Shown piece by piece: positions 26,163-36,179 of a DNA stretch of 64,000 bases. The DNA is from Candidatus Eiseniibacteriota bacterium (lineage in GTDB: Bacteria; Eisenbacteria; RBG-16-71-46; JABDJR01), in assembly GCA_963762255.1 (NCBI GenBank), contig CAVXKA010000001.1:1536001-1600000 (forward strand). Direction: 5' to 3'. The notes below the pieces were generated by a model. The model did not search any database and was not told the DNA's origin. It saw nothing but the letters and a program-made list of their open reading frames with translations. Positions within the stretch are counted from its first letter, which is position 1. Every line of letters starts with the position of its first letter. A program made the position numbers and the translations under genes.

Positions 26163-26384
26163 ATGAAGCAGAACATGGGTACCGTGGACCGCGTGATCCG
26201 GACTCTCATTGCGATCGGCATCGGCGTCCTCTACTTCACCGGTCGCATCAGCGGCACGCTCGCCATTATTCTGGGCGTTGTCGCGGTCGTCTTCTTGGTC
26301 ACCAGCTTGGTAGCCCGGTGTCCGGCCTACGTCCCGCTCGGAGTGTCGACGCATAAGAAGACTGATGGTTCCCGGGACGCTTGA
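26163..26384 (+). CDS. DUF2892 membrane protein
   Basis: NMGTVDRVIR...CPAYVPLGVST. Confidence 0.9.
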   Translation: MKQNMGTVDRVIRTLIAIGIGVLYFTGRISGTLAIILGVVAVVFLVTSLVARCPAYVPLGVSTHKKTDGSRDA

Positions 26385-26470
26385 GCGGAAATAGGCGACC
26401 GGAAAATAGTGCGCCAGTTCTGACTGGCATAGAATGCCCCGCGGGGCAGGGTAATGAAGGAGGATTGATC

Positions 26471-26863
26471 ATGAAAGGTTTTGTGCAAGACATCGAGGGT
26501 CTCGCCGTGAAGAATGACGAGTTTCGCCGGGTGCTCTACACGGCGAAGCACTGCCAGCTCGTTCTCATGGCGTTAAGGCCCAAAGAAGAGATCGGTGCGG
26601 AAGTCCACACACTCGACCAATTCTTTCGCGTGGAGGAGGGGAGCGGCGAGGCGGTGCTGGACGGTGTTCGGACGGCGATCCGAGCGGGCTTCGCAGTAGT
26701 CGTTCCGGCAGGGGCCAATCACAACATCATCAATACTGGCAGTGTCCCACTGAAGCTCTACACGCTCTATGCCCCCCCGAATCATCGGGACGGCGTCGTC
26801 CATCATACCCGCAGCGATGCGGAGGCCGACAACGAACACTTCGACGGCAAGACGACGGAATAG
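26471..26863 (+). CDS. Cupin domain protein
   Basis: EIGAEVH..DQFFRVEEG; HNIIN; YAPPNH. Confidence 0.92.
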   Translation: MKGFVQDIEGLAVKNDEFRRVLYTAKHCQLVLMALRPKEEIGAEVHTLDQFFRVEEGSGEAVLDGVRTAIRAGFAVVVPAGANHNIINTGSVPLKLYTLYAPPNHRDGVVHHTRSDAEADNEHFDGKTTE

Positions 26864-26932
26864 AGAACCGACAGGGCGCCGGGCCGGCTCGACCCCATAG
26901 AGTTCGTCAGGCGTCAGGAGAACGGAGTCGTC

Positions 26933-27319
26933 ATGTCCGTGCGTGTGGTCAGGCTTGGAAGCGATCGCCACCCTAGCGAAGGCGTGCGGATCGGTACCGT
27001 CCGCCGCCCGCCGCGGGGTGTGCCCAAGTCCGAGTTCTCTTCGCAGAACTGGTACGACGTGTGGTTCCCCAATCTTGCGCCGAGCATCGAGACGATGAAG
27101 CTCGGGCAGGAGGCGACGACGCCCGCGCGATGGGCCGTGTTCGCAAGGAAGTACACGGCGGAGATGTCGCAACCGGACGCGGATCACGCGCTGTCGCTTC
27201 TCGCCGCCCTATCCCACGGCACCAACTTCTCGGTCGGCTGCTATTGCCCCGACGAGGCGCACTGCCATCGCTCCATCCTGCGCAAGCTGCTCGAGAAGAA
27301 GGGCGCGACGTTTGCGTAG
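26933..27319 (+). CDS. DUF488 (YeaO-like) protein
   Basis: VRRPPRGVPK; LAPS; CHRSIL. Confidence 0.88.
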   Translation: MSVRVVRLGSDRHPSEGVRIGTVRRPPRGVPKSEFSSQNWYDVWFPNLAPSIETMKLGQEATTPARWAVFARKYTAEMSQPDADHALSLLAALSHGTNFSVGCYCPDEAHCHRSILRKLLEKKGATFA

Positions 27320-27387
27320 CTTCGGTTGGGACGCGAAACGCCGCCCGATCCCGCGCTCGACCGGCGGCCGAAGTGGGAGAGACTCCT

Positions 27388-27855
27388 GTGCTGCACGTCT
27401 ATGTCGACGCTGATGCGTGTTCCGTCAAACCGGAGGTGTACCGCGTCGCGAGCCGCTATCGGCTCCATGTCACGCTCGTAGCCAACTCGCGGATGCGAGT
27501 GCCGAACGAGCGATGGCTCACGCTCACCGTCGTGGAGGGTGGATTCGACGCGGCCGACGATTGGATCGTCGAGCATGTTCAACCGTGCGACATCGTGATC
27601 ACCGCCGACCTCCCGCTTGCGAGTCGTTGCCTGAAACAAGGGGCGCGGGTCGTCGGTCCCACCGGGAGGCCCTTCACGGAATCCAACATCGGGGAGGCCG
27701 TCGCGACTCGGGATCTGCTGGCGGACCTGCGTGGGGCGGGAGAGATAACGGGCGGGCCTCCGCCACTCGAGCAGCGGGACCGATCACGGTTCCTCCAACA
27801 ACTGGACCAGGTGGTTCAGTCCATCCTGCGCGAGCATCCGACCGCTCCGGCGTAG
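27388..27855 (+). CDS. YaiI/YqxD (DUF188) family protein
   Basis: VYVDADAC; DAADDWI; ITADLPLA. Confidence 0.92.
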   Translation: MLHVYVDADACSVKPEVYRVASRYRLHVTLVANSRMRVPNERWLTLTVVEGGFDAADDWIVEHVQPCDIVITADLPLASRCLKQGARVVGPTGRPFTESNIGEAVATRDLLADLRGAGEITGGPPPLEQRDRSRFLQQLDQVVQSILREHPTAPA

Positions 27856-27963
27856 CTGCGTTGGCGCCGACGCTCGGATCCCGGTGATAGACTGGAAGGG
27901 CACATCGGCAAACGCGGCCGAGCGCGGATGCGTCGAGCGGGTCGTCGAATCGCGGGGGTCACC

Positions 27964-28218
27964 ATGGCTGACAAGCGTACTCGTGTCGAAGAGTTCGAAG
28001 TCTCCGGGGAGAAGATCGTCGAGACCGTCAAGGACTTGGTCCATAAGGGCAACATCCGCCGGATCACCATCAAGGATAGCGACGGCAAGTCGCTCATTGA
28101 GATTCCGCTTACCCTGGGCGTCGTCGGTGCCGTCCTGCTTCCTGTCTGGGCGGCCTTGGGAGCGCTTGCCGCGCTAGTAACCAAGTGCACGATTGTGGTT
28201 GAAATGGTAGAGGAGTGA
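27964..28218 (+). CDS. DUF4342 protein
   Basis: GNIRRITIK...IEIPLTLG. Confidence 0.88.
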   Translation: MADKRTRVEEFEVSGEKIVETVKDLVHKGNIRRITIKDSDGKSLIEIPLTLGVVGAVLLPVWAALGALAALVTKCTIVVEMVEE

Positions 28219-29141
28219 CATCGCGCCTGCTTCTCTTGATGTGTCTTTCGCTTCTCGCCGTTGCGTGCCACGCCAGACCCAAGATCGAGGAGGGCATCGT
28301 CGACAACGGCGCGCACCCCCTCTACTACAAGACCATGGGCTCGGGCGATCCGATCGTGGTGCTGCACGGCGGCCCCGGCTTCGATCATCGGCAGTTCCTA
28401 CCCTACATTTGGGAGCTCGCCCGCGGGCACAAGGTCATCCTCTTCGATCAACGGTGTACGGGCCTGTCGACCGGACCAGCGGATTCGGCGTCCCTCACGA
28501 TCGATGCGTTCGTCGGGGACATCGAGGCCGTGCGGATGGCCTTCGGCATCGAGAAGATGAACCTGCTGGGGCATTCCTGGGGTGGAATCCTGGCGATATA
28601 CTACGGCCTGCGACACCAGGACAAGTTGAAGTCCCTGATCCTGTGCTCCACGGCGGCGACTGAGGAGAGCTTCGCCGAGATGGTCGCCACGTATGAGGCG
28701 AACCGGGCGCCCGGCGACAAAGAGCTTCTTCTGGAGATCTACGAGTCGGACGGGTTCAAGAGCGGGAACCCGATCGTGGTCGAGCGATTCTGGCGTGTGT
28801 ACTTCAAGCCCTATTTCGGGGACCAGTCCCTGGTGGACAAGATGGACTTGCAGTTCACGGAGAACACGATCAAGAACTGCAATATCGTGGCCGAGCGGGT
28901 ACTCCAGTCCATTGGGCACTTCGAGTTGCACGAGGACCTGAAGGGGCTGTACTGCCCGACGTTGATCCTGCACGGGGACGTGGACCCCATGAGCTACAAG
29001 TACGCGGAGCGCATACACGAGAGCATTGCGGGATCGGAATTGGTCATCGTGAAGGGTGCGGGGCACTGGCTGTTCGTGGATGGGACTGAGGTGTTCAGTC
29101 GAAGCATTCTCGAATTCCTTGCGGGCCTGCCGAGAGACTGA
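28215..29141 (+). CDS. Alpha/beta hydrolase (proline iminopeptidase-like) with lipoprotein-like signal
   Basis: HGGPG; GHSWGG; AGHW. Confidence 0.9.
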   Translation: MTSRLLLLMCLSLLAVACHARPKIEEGIVDNGAHPLYYKTMGSGDPIVVLHGGPGFDHRQFLPYIWELARGHKVILFDQRCTGLSTGPADSASLTIDAFVGDIEAVRMAFGIEKMNLLGHSWGGILAIYYGLRHQDKLKSLILCSTAATEESFAEMVATYEANRAPGDKELLLEIYESDGFKSGNPIVVERFWRVYFKPYFGDQSLVDKMDLQFTENTIKNCNIVAERVLQSIGHFELHEDLKGLYCPTLILHGDVDPMSYKYAERIHESIAGSELVIVKGAGHWLFVDGTEVFSRSILEFLAGLPRD

Positions 29142-29208
29142 CATTCATCGGCCGCGGTGGCCGCTGATACGCTGGAACACGAACCGACTGGGAAGGACAG
29201 GGGAAACG

Positions 29209-29685
29209 TTGGGAGCTGCAAGGAGCGCACTCGGTCTGGTGGTTTGGCTGGCAATCTCATTCGCCGCCGCAGGAGTCGGCTCCCGGTTCATGCCGGGCCC
29301 TTGGTACGCATCGCTCGCCAAACCTGTTTGGACTCCGCCGAGCGCGGTCTTCGCTCCGGTGTGGACCCTTCTGTACGCAATGATGGGCGTGGCGGCGTGG
29401 TTGGTGTGGCGGCGTGCGGGGTTCCGGACCGCGGGCGCGGCACTGGTTGTCTTCGTGATCCAGTTGGTTCTTAACGCGCTGTGGTCGTACCTCTTCTTCG
29501 GGCTCCATCGAGCCGATATCGCCTTCATCGATATTGCGGTTCTGTGGATTGCGATTCTTGTCACTGTCGTGCTGTTCTGGCGGAGGGACCCGCGAGCCGG
29601 GGCGCTCATGTTGCCCTACCTCGCCTGGGTTGGGTTCGCATCCTGCCTGAACTTCGCCTTGTGGCGGATGAATGGAATGGAATGA
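29209..29685 (+). CDS. tspO: TspO/MBR tryptophan-rich sensory protein
   Basis: WYASLAKPVWTPP; FAPVWTLLY; LNALWSYLFF; PYLAWVGFA; start uncertain. Confidence 0.92.
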   Translation: MGAARSALGLVVWLAISFAAAGVGSRFMPGPWYASLAKPVWTPPSAVFAPVWTLLYAMMGVAAWLVWRRAGFRTAGAALVVFVIQLVLNALWSYLFFGLHRADIAFIDIAVLWIAILVTVVLFWRRDPRAGALMLPYLAWVGFASCLNFALWRMNGME

Positions 29686-29722
29686 AGCGTGGCAAGCTAG
29701 CGGCGATCGGCTTCCGGTTCTG

Positions 29723-30220
29723 ATGACGCACGAAGCTCTTCTTCGGGAACTGAGCGAGGGCGATCTCTCCGTCCTGTTCGAACACCAGGCGGATCCCGAG
29801 GCGGCCCGTATGGCGGCCTTCCCGTCGCGCGATCGGGACGCGTTCATGGCGCACTGGGCGAAGCTCTTGGTGAACGACGCCGTCACGAAGCGGACCGTTC
29901 TGTTCGAGGGCCGGGTGGCCGGGAACATCGTCAGCTTCGATCGCGACGGCCACCGGGAGGTCGGCTACTGGATCGGCCGGGAGCACTGGGGCAAGGGCAT
30001 CGCCACCGCGGCCCTGGCGGAGTTCCTGAAGATCGAGACGACGCGCCCGCTCTACGCATATGTCGCGAAGCACAACGTCGCGTCCACCCGGGTTCTGCAG
30101 AAGTGCGGCTTCAGCATCTGCGGCGACTGCAGCGGGCCTTTGGTGCCCGGTGGGGCAGAGGTGGAGGACCACATCCTGGTCCTGGGATGCAGCCCGCAGC
30201 ATGCGACGGGCAGTCTATAG
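29723..30220 (+). CDS. GNAT acetyltransferase
   Basis: EVGYWIGREHWGKGIAT; NVASTRVLQKCGF. Confidence 0.9.
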   Translation: MTHEALLRELSEGDLSVLFEHQADPEAARMAAFPSRDRDAFMAHWAKLLVNDAVTKRTVLFEGRVAGNIVSFDRDGHREVGYWIGREHWGKGIATAALAEFLKIETTRPLYAYVAKHNVASTRVLQKCGFSICGDCSGPLVPGGAEVEDHILVLGCSPQHATGSL

Positions 30221-30226
30221 TATAAT
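30221..30226 (+). promoter_or_regulatory. Candidate -10 (TATAAT) upstream of the NmrA gene
   Basis: Perfect consensus hexamer in an intergenic region of GC-rich DNA. Confidence 0.45.
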
Positions 30227-30322
30227 TTCGCCCTCCTTTAGCGCCGCCCGGTATGGGGTGGCATCGACAGCCAATTGACTTTCCGATCGTCGACCATCAC
30301 AAGCATTCACGAGGAGAAGACA

Positions 30323-31273
30323 ATGACCGACAAGAAGATCATTGCGGTATTGGGTGCAACCGGGGCGCAGGGCGGGGGATTGGCGCGAGCCATCCTCAAC
30401 GACAAGACCGGCTTGTTCACGTTGAGAGCGATCACTCGGGACGCCGGGTCCGACAAAGCCAAGGAGTTGGCGGCGCTGGGCGCGGAGGTCGTATCCGCCG
30501 ACGTGGACGACGCGACGAGTCTGGAGAAAGCCTTCACCGGTGCTCACGGCGCCTACTGCGTGACGTTCTACTGGGCCCACTTTTCGCCCGAGAAGGAATT
30601 GGCCCAGGCGGGGGCCATGGCCCAGGCGGCGAAGCGCGCCGGACTCCAGCACGTGGTCTGGTCGACGCTCGAGGACACGCGGAAACGGGTGCCGCTTGGC
30701 GATGACCGCATGCCCACCCTCATGGGCAAGTACAAAGTTCCGCACTTCGACGCCAAAGGTGAAGCCGATCATCTCTTCACGGACGCGGGCGTCCCGACCA
30801 CGTTTCTCCTGACCTCGTTCTACTGGGATAACCTGATCTACTTCGGCATGGGCCCGAAGCGGGGGCCGGACGGGAAGTTGGCGATCACGATGCCGATGGG
30901 CGACAAGAAGCTCCCCGGAATCGCCGCCGAGGACATCGGCAAGTGCGCCTACGGCGTCTTCAAGAGGGGCGACGAATTTGTCGGCAAGACGATCGGGATT
31001 GCCGGCGAGCACCTGACCGGAGCGCAGATGGCGGCGGCCCTGACTCGCGCTCTGGGACAGGACGTCGGTTACAACAGCGTTCCTCCCGAGGTGTACCGCG
31101 GCTTCGGGTTCCCCGGTGCGGACGACCTTGGAAACATGTTCCAATACAAGCGCGATTTCGAGGCGGCGTTCTGCGGCGCGCGGGATCTTGCGCTGTCACG
31201 GGCTCTCAATCCCGAACTGCAGACGTTCGATACGTGGCTCGCTCGGAACAAGAGCCGCATTCCGCTCGGGTAA
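30323..31273 (+). CDS. NmrA/HSCARG family protein
   Basis: GATGAQGG; VPHFDAK. Confidence 0.93.
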   Translation: MTDKKIIAVLGATGAQGGGLARAILNDKTGLFTLRAITRDAGSDKAKELAALGAEVVSADVDDATSLEKAFTGAHGAYCVTFYWAHFSPEKELAQAGAMAQAAKRAGLQHVVWSTLEDTRKRVPLGDDRMPTLMGKYKVPHFDAKGEADHLFTDAGVPTTFLLTSFYWDNLIYFGMGPKRGPDGKLAITMPMGDKKLPGIAAEDIGKCAYGVFKRGDEFVGKTIGIAGEHLTGAQMAAALTRALGQDVGYNSVPPEVYRGFGFPGADDLGNMFQYKRDFEAAFCGARDLALSRALNPELQTFDTWLARNKSRIPLG

Positions 31274-31299
31274 CGCGAGAGCGTCTCGCTGCCCCCGCG

Positions 31300-32250
31300 C
31301 TAGCGCAGTCCCCACCAGACGGAGGCCAACTCCGGCAGGACGCGCACGTGCGGGGGCGGCGGCACTCTCTTGAGAAACCACGGCAGGTTGCTGTACCGGT
31401 GGAGGAGCCCGTAGGCGAGCAGCCGACGCTCGAGTGCCTCGTCAAGCGCCACCTCCGTGTATCCATACGAAAGCAGCACCCGTCGCAGGAGCTTCGGTTC
31501 GCCGCACGACAGGAAGAGACCGACGGAGGCGAACTCGTACTCGGGGGCGCCCACCATGGCCGGCTCGAAGTCGAACAGGCCGGAGAGTTGCCAGCCGTCG
31601 CGGGCACGCTCCACGAGCAGGTGCTCGCGCATGATCTCCGTGTGGAGCAGCGATTCTGTCCGGCCGTCGCCGACAGGCGTGCGCGCGAGGAAATCGGAGA
31701 TCCCTTCGAGCCAGCACGATTCCAAGCCGCGGCGCCGCTGCCGCTCCACTGCGGTGCTGCGCTGCTCCTTGATGAAGCTCGGCCAGTCGAAGCGAACCGC
31801 GTCCAAGCGAACGTCGCTCACGCAGTGGAGCTCGGCCAACGCCTCGCCCATCGCGGCGGCGATCCGGATCCGATCGTCCGCGGGGACGTGAGGCCAGGCC
31901 TCGGCGAGGCTCACGCCGTGAAGCTGATCCATGAGGAGGTATCCCCAGCCGTCGAGTTCCCCGAGCGCACGCACGCCGGGCGTCGGGACGGACAACCGGC
32001 CGTCGACCACCTGGAGGATCGTCGACTCCGTGTCCCGCGCGGCGAGGTCGAACGGGGGATAGATCTTGAGGACGAGCGAATCACCCACCGCGTAAACAGG
32101 AAGCGATCCGTCTGGGTAGCGGCGCAGCGATGTCGGCGCGAGCCCGAGGATGTCGCACATGGCGTCGACCCCCGGCCGCAGCAATGCCTCGTCCCGGCTC
32201 AAGGGCTCGTACTCGCTGAGGCTGTGGACGGATGGAAAGCGTGTTGTCAT
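31300..32250 (-). CDS. Aminoglycoside phosphotransferase / choline kinase family protein
   Basis: VLKIYPP; LLHTEIMREHLL; GLFDFE; start uncertain. Confidence 0.85.
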   Translation of the reverse strand: MTTRFPSVHSLSEYEPLSRDEALLRPGVDAMCDILGLAPTSLRRYPDGSLPVYAVGDSLVLKIYPPFDLAARDTESTILQVVDGRLSVPTPGVRALGELDGWGYLLMDQLHGVSLAEAWPHVPADDRIRIAAAMGEALAELHCVSDVRLDAVRFDWPSFIKEQRSTAVERQRRRGLESCWLEGISDFLARTPVGDGRTESLLHTEIMREHLLVERARDGWQLSGLFDFEPAMVGAPEYEFASVGLFLSCGEPKLLRRVLLSYGYTEVALDEALERRLLAYGLLHRYSNLPWFLKRVPPPPHVRVLPELASVWWGLR

Positions 32251-32301
32251 GATGGAGCCGTGCATTATGAAGCGAGCGGGCCGGGTTCGGAAAGGTGACG
32301 C

Positions 32302-32604
32302 ATGATGAAGGACGAGCTTCAAGAGCTTCCCGGGGTCGGCCCCAGCATCGCCGCGGACCTGCGTTCCCTCGGCGTGCGCTCCATCCGCGATCTTGCTCGT
32401 CGCGATCCGGAACGGTTGTACGCGCGCCTCTGCGAGCAGACCGGCGAACGCCAGGATCCGTGCGTGCTCTACACGTTTCGCTGCGCCGTCTACGCGGCCC
32501 GAACCGAAGCGCCGGACGCATCGCTGCTGAAATGGTGGGCATGGAAGGAACGGCGGCTCGGCCCCGACGGCGCCCCTACTGGGGGCGGAGGGGGAGCGCG
32601 CTGA
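32302..32604 (+). CDS. Helix-hairpin-helix protein (Cdd1-like)
   Basis: LPGVGPSIAADL; DPCVLYTFRCAVY; KWWAWK. Confidence 0.88.
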   Translation: MMKDELQELPGVGPSIAADLRSLGVRSIRDLARRDPERLYARLCEQTGERQDPCVLYTFRCAVYAARTEAPDASLLKWWAWKERRLGPDGAPTGGGGGAR

Positions 32605-33131
32605 TCACCGAAGCACTCATCCGGGCGCTGGTGGATCGATTCGTCATGCCCCCGTCCGGCCCCCACGGCATCTATCACTGGGCCCGCGTGCTGGAGAACG
32701 GCAGGCGTCTGGCCGAATCGACGGGAGCGGACCTGACCGTCGTGGAGCTGTTCGCCGTGTTTCACGACTCCTGTCGGGTCAACGACGGGTCGGATCGCGG
32801 TCACGGGCAGCGGGGAGCGGATCTCGCGCTCGAGCTTCGCGGCGCGTTCGTCCACTTGCCCGACGACCGATTCGAACTCCTCTACACCGCCTGCGCGCGG
32901 CACACATCGGGCGGCCGCGAGGCGGACGTCACCGTGCAGACCTGCTGGGACGCCGACCGTCTCGACCTCGGCCGGGTCGGCACCACGCCGCGCCCCGAAT
33001 TCCTCTGTACGCCCGCGGCGCGGTCCCCGGGGATGCTGACCTGGGCCACCGAACGCGGGTTTGCGCGCGTCGAGCCCTCGTTGGTGACCACCGAATGGGG
33101 TCTCGATTGGAGTCGCGATGGATTCCTATAG
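32601..33131 (+). CDS. HD-domain protein
   Basis: HGIYHWARV; FHD; GHG; CWDADRLDLGRVG; start appears to be CTG. Confidence 0.85.
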   Translation: MITEALIRALVDRFVMPPSGPHGIYHWARVLENGRRLAESTGADLTVVELFAVFHDSCRVNDGSDRGHGQRGADLALELRGAFVHLPDDRFELLYTACARHTSGGREADVTVQTCWDADRLDLGRVGTTPRPEFLCTPAARSPGMLTWATERGFARVEPSLVTTEWGLDWSRDGFL

Positions 33132-33143
33132 AAGCGACGCATC

Positions 33144-34116
33144 ATGATCGAACCGCGGCGCCTGGGGCGCACCGACATCGCCGTCTCCGCCATCGGTCTC
33201 GGTTGCTGGCAGTTCTCGCAGGGTCGCGGATTCCTCGGCGCATTCTGGCCGGTGCTGCCGCAGGAGACCGTGAACCGCATCGTCGCCGTGAGCCTCGCCG
33301 GCGGCATCACCTGGTTCGACACGGCGGAGTCGTACGGCGACGGGCTCTCCGAGACCGCGCTCGCCGCAGCGCTCACCGCGGCGGGCAAGCGGAACGGAGA
33401 TGTGGTCGTCGCCAGCAAGTGGCGGCCGTTCTTCCGCACCGCCGCGAGCATCCGGAACACGATCGGCACGCGACTGGATCGCCTGCTGCCGTTCGGGATC
33501 GATCTTCACCAGATCCACCACCCTTTCGCCTTCGCGTCGATCGCGGCCCAGATGCACGCGATGGCCGACCTGGTGGAGGCCGGGCGCATCCGTTCGGTGG
33601 GCGTCAGCAACTGCTCCGCAGCGGCCATGCGCACCGCGCACGGCGCTCTTGCCTCGCGCGGCATTCCCCTCGCCACCAACCAGGTCCGCTACAGTCTGGC
33701 CGACCGGCGCATCGAGAAGAACGGCGTGCTCGAAACCGCGCGGGAACTCGGCATCACCATCATCGCCTACTCGCCGCTCGCCCAGGGGATTCTCACCGGC
33801 AAGTTCCACCGCGATCCCGCGCTCATCCGTTCGAGACCCGGTCCGCGACGTTGGATGAGTACCTTCCGGCACGGAGGCCTCGGCAGATCCCGCCCGTTGG
33901 TGGAGATCGATCCAGGAGATCGCGCGCGCTCACGAGGCCACGCCGGCCCAGGTCGCGCTAAACTGGCTCGTGCACGCGCGCGGCGAGGTCGTCGTGGCGA
34001 TCCCCGGTGCCACCACCGTCGAGCAGGCGGTGGAGAACGCGGGTGCGATGGGTTTCCGCCTCTCCGACTCCGAGATCGCGCGCCTGGAGGAGATCTCGCG
34101 GCCGTTCCTTGGGTGA
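33144..34116 (+). pseudogene. Aldo/keto reductase, frameshifted near 33905 (or sequence error)
   Basis: GLGCWQ, DTAESYG, AYSPLAQG; C-terminus TPAQVALNWL...IPGA is in another frame. Confidence 0.85.
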
Positions 34117-34126
34117 GGATCACATC

Positions 34127-34432
34127 ATGAATCGCGGTGAGTTCGACGCGTCGCTCAAATCCGATCGGGTCGTGGTGATCGCGCCCGCGGACTGGCCTGA
34201 CCTGTCCGCAATCTTCACGGAGATCGAGCGGCACGACACCGGATTCGCCGGATCGTTGGTCTTGCTGAGCTTCGATGACGGCTTTGCGGCTCTGGAGCAG
34301 CCCTCGGCGGATCGGTGGGTTGTACGGCGGCTCGGCGATCGTCCAGAAGCCGACCGGTTCATCCAGGATCGACTCGCGCAGTACGAACGCATGTGGGACG
34401 GCTGCGGGTGCCGGATCGACTACTATTCCTGA
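34127..34432 (+). CDS. Hypothetical protein
   Basis: GAGGA RBS; YERMWDGCGCRIDYY. Confidence 0.7.
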   Translation: MNRGEFDASLKSDRVVVIAPADWPDLSAIFTEIERHDTGFAGSLVLLSFDDGFAALEQPSADRWVVRRLGDRPEADRFIQDRLAQYERMWDGCGCRIDYYS

Positions 34433-34445
34433 GGGAGGCACGAAC

Positions 34446-35126
34446 ATGAGCATCGTCTTGCGGCGCGCGCTGGCCGGCCTCGTCCTCGTGGTCGGCATCC
34501 TCGTTCTGGGGCAGGCCGCGCCGCCCGCCCGCCCCTGGGACGCAGACATCCAGGCTTTCGAGAAGTCGGATCGCGAGAACCCACCCGTTCCGGGTGCCGT
34601 GCTCTTCGTCGGCAGTTCCTCGATCCGCATGTGGGAAACGCTGGCGGCGGACTTCCCGACGGCGTCCATCATTCACCGCGGCTTCGGCGGCTCGACCATG
34701 GCCGACGTCGTCGCCTACGCGGACCGCATCGTCATTCCATACAAGCCCCGGTTGATCGTGGTCTACGCCGGCGACAACGACATCAACGACGGAAAGACGC
34801 CGGAGCAGGTGCTGGCCGACTACCGGTCCCTCGTGGGCAGGGTCCGAGAGAAGCTCCCGGCCACACGCATGGCATTCATCTCGATCAAGCCGAGTCTGGC
34901 GCGCTGGAAGCTGGTGGAGCCGATGCGCAAGGCCAACGCCCTCGTGCGCGAGTACTCCGCAGGGGACAGCCTCCTCGCGTACATCGACGTCTTCACGCCG
35001 ATGCTGGGCGCGGACGGCACGCCCCGCAAGGACCTCTTCATGGAGGACGGTCTTCACTTGAACGCCGAGGGGTACGCTCTCTGGAAGTCGGTGGTGGCGC
35101 CGTTCATCGTGGAACCGAAGCGCTGA
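34446..35126 (+). CDS. SGNH/GDSL hydrolase, exported
   Basis: FVGSSS; GFGGS; YAGDND; DGLH. Confidence 0.92.
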   Translation: MSIVLRRALAGLVLVVGILVLGQAAPPARPWDADIQAFEKSDRENPPVPGAVLFVGSSSIRMWETLAADFPTASIIHRGFGGSTMADVVAYADRIVIPYKPRLIVVYAGDNDINDGKTPEQVLADYRSLVGRVREKLPATRMAFISIKPSLARWKLVEPMRKANALVREYSAGDSLLAYIDVFTPMLGADGTPRKDLFMEDGLHLNAEGYALWKSVVAPFIVEPKR

Positions 35127-35824
35127 TGGATGCAACGAAGCGCCCGCGGGTGAAGATCTGCTGCATCATGTCCGAGGTCGAGGCGGAGATCGCCGTCGCT
35201 CTTGGGGCAAGCGCGCTCGGTCTGGTCGCGGAGATGCCGAGCGGTCCCGGCGTGATCCCGGACGCCGAGATCGCCCGGATCGCCCGGCGCGTGCCTCCCG
35301 GCGTGGCCAGCGTTCTTCTCACCAGCCGGCGCGACCCGGTCTCCATCATCGCGCACCAGCGCGCGACAGGGACGAGCGTGATCCAGCTCGTGGACTCCCT
35401 GGCCGCCGGCAGCTACGAAGACCTGCGCGCCGCGCTGCCCGGCATCAAGCTCGTGCAGGTGATCCACGTCACTGGAGAAGACTCAATCGAGCGGGCCGTG
35501 CGCGTGGCGCCGCACGTGGACGCGCTGCTCTTGGACTCCGGGCGCCCGGATCTTGCCGTCAAAGAGCTGGGAGGCACGGGCCGCCGCCACGACTGGACGC
35601 TGAGCCGGCGCATCCGCGAGCTCTCGCCGATCCCGGTCTACCTGGCCGGTGGCTTGTGTCCGGAGAACGCGGCACGCGCTATCGTTGAGGTGGGCGCGTT
35701 CGGTCTCGACGTGTGCAGCGGCGTACGCACCGACGGACGACTGGATCCGGTCAAGCTTGCCGCGTTCATGATGGCGGCCGGGCGGGGCCCGCAAGACGGT
35801 TTCGGCCCGCGACAGGAAGCATGA
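35126..35824 (+). CDS. trpF: Phosphoribosylanthranilate isomerase
   Basis: VKICCI; LLLDSG; GGTGRRHDW; LAGGL; DVCSGV. Confidence 0.88.
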   Translation: MDATKRPRVKICCIMSEVEAEIAVALGASALGLVAEMPSGPGVIPDAEIARIARRVPPGVASVLLTSRRDPVSIIAHQRATGTSVIQLVDSLAAGSYEDLRAALPGIKLVQVIHVTGEDSIERAVRVAPHVDALLLDSGRPDLAVKELGGTGRRHDWTLSRRIRELSPIPVYLAGGLCPENAARAIVEVGAFGLDVCSGVRTDGRLDPVKLAAFMMAAGRGPQDGFGPRQEA

Positions 35825-35840
35825 AGGGAAAGTGCGAACG

Positions 35841-36179
35841 ATGAAGGACACGGTGGTTCTGGTTACACGGCAAGGCATGGGAAGCGGGGACTTGGCGCTA
35901 CAACGGAAGTTGTTCATCACCTACCTCAAGGTCCTTCTGGAAAACGGATCTCTCCCCGGCGCCCTATGCTTCTACACCGACGGGGTCAAGTTGGTGGTGG
36001 AGGGCTCGCCGGTCCTGGATCTGCTCAAGGAATTCGAGACCCGGGGAGTTCACCTCATTCTCTGCCGGACCTGCCTGGAGTACTTCGGCCTGCTCGATCA
36101 GGTCCGCGTCGGAGTGGTCGGCGGCATGGGCGACATCGTCGCCGCCCAGACGATGGCTTCGAAGGTGGTGGCGATCTAG
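35841..36179 (+). CDS. DsrE/YedF-like sulfurtransferase domain protein
   Basis: GMGSGD; FYTDGVKL; CRTCLEYFGL; VGGMGDI. Confidence 0.85.
   Translation: MKDTVVLVTRQGMGSGDLALQRKLFITYLKVLLENGSLPGALCFYTDGVKLVVEGSPVLDLLKEFETRGVHLILCRTCLEYFGLLDQVRVGVVGGMGDIVAAQTMASKVVAI

Noticed and set aside
35126-35824. trpF as part of a trp operon
   Set aside because: No other trp genes nearby; stand-alone copy
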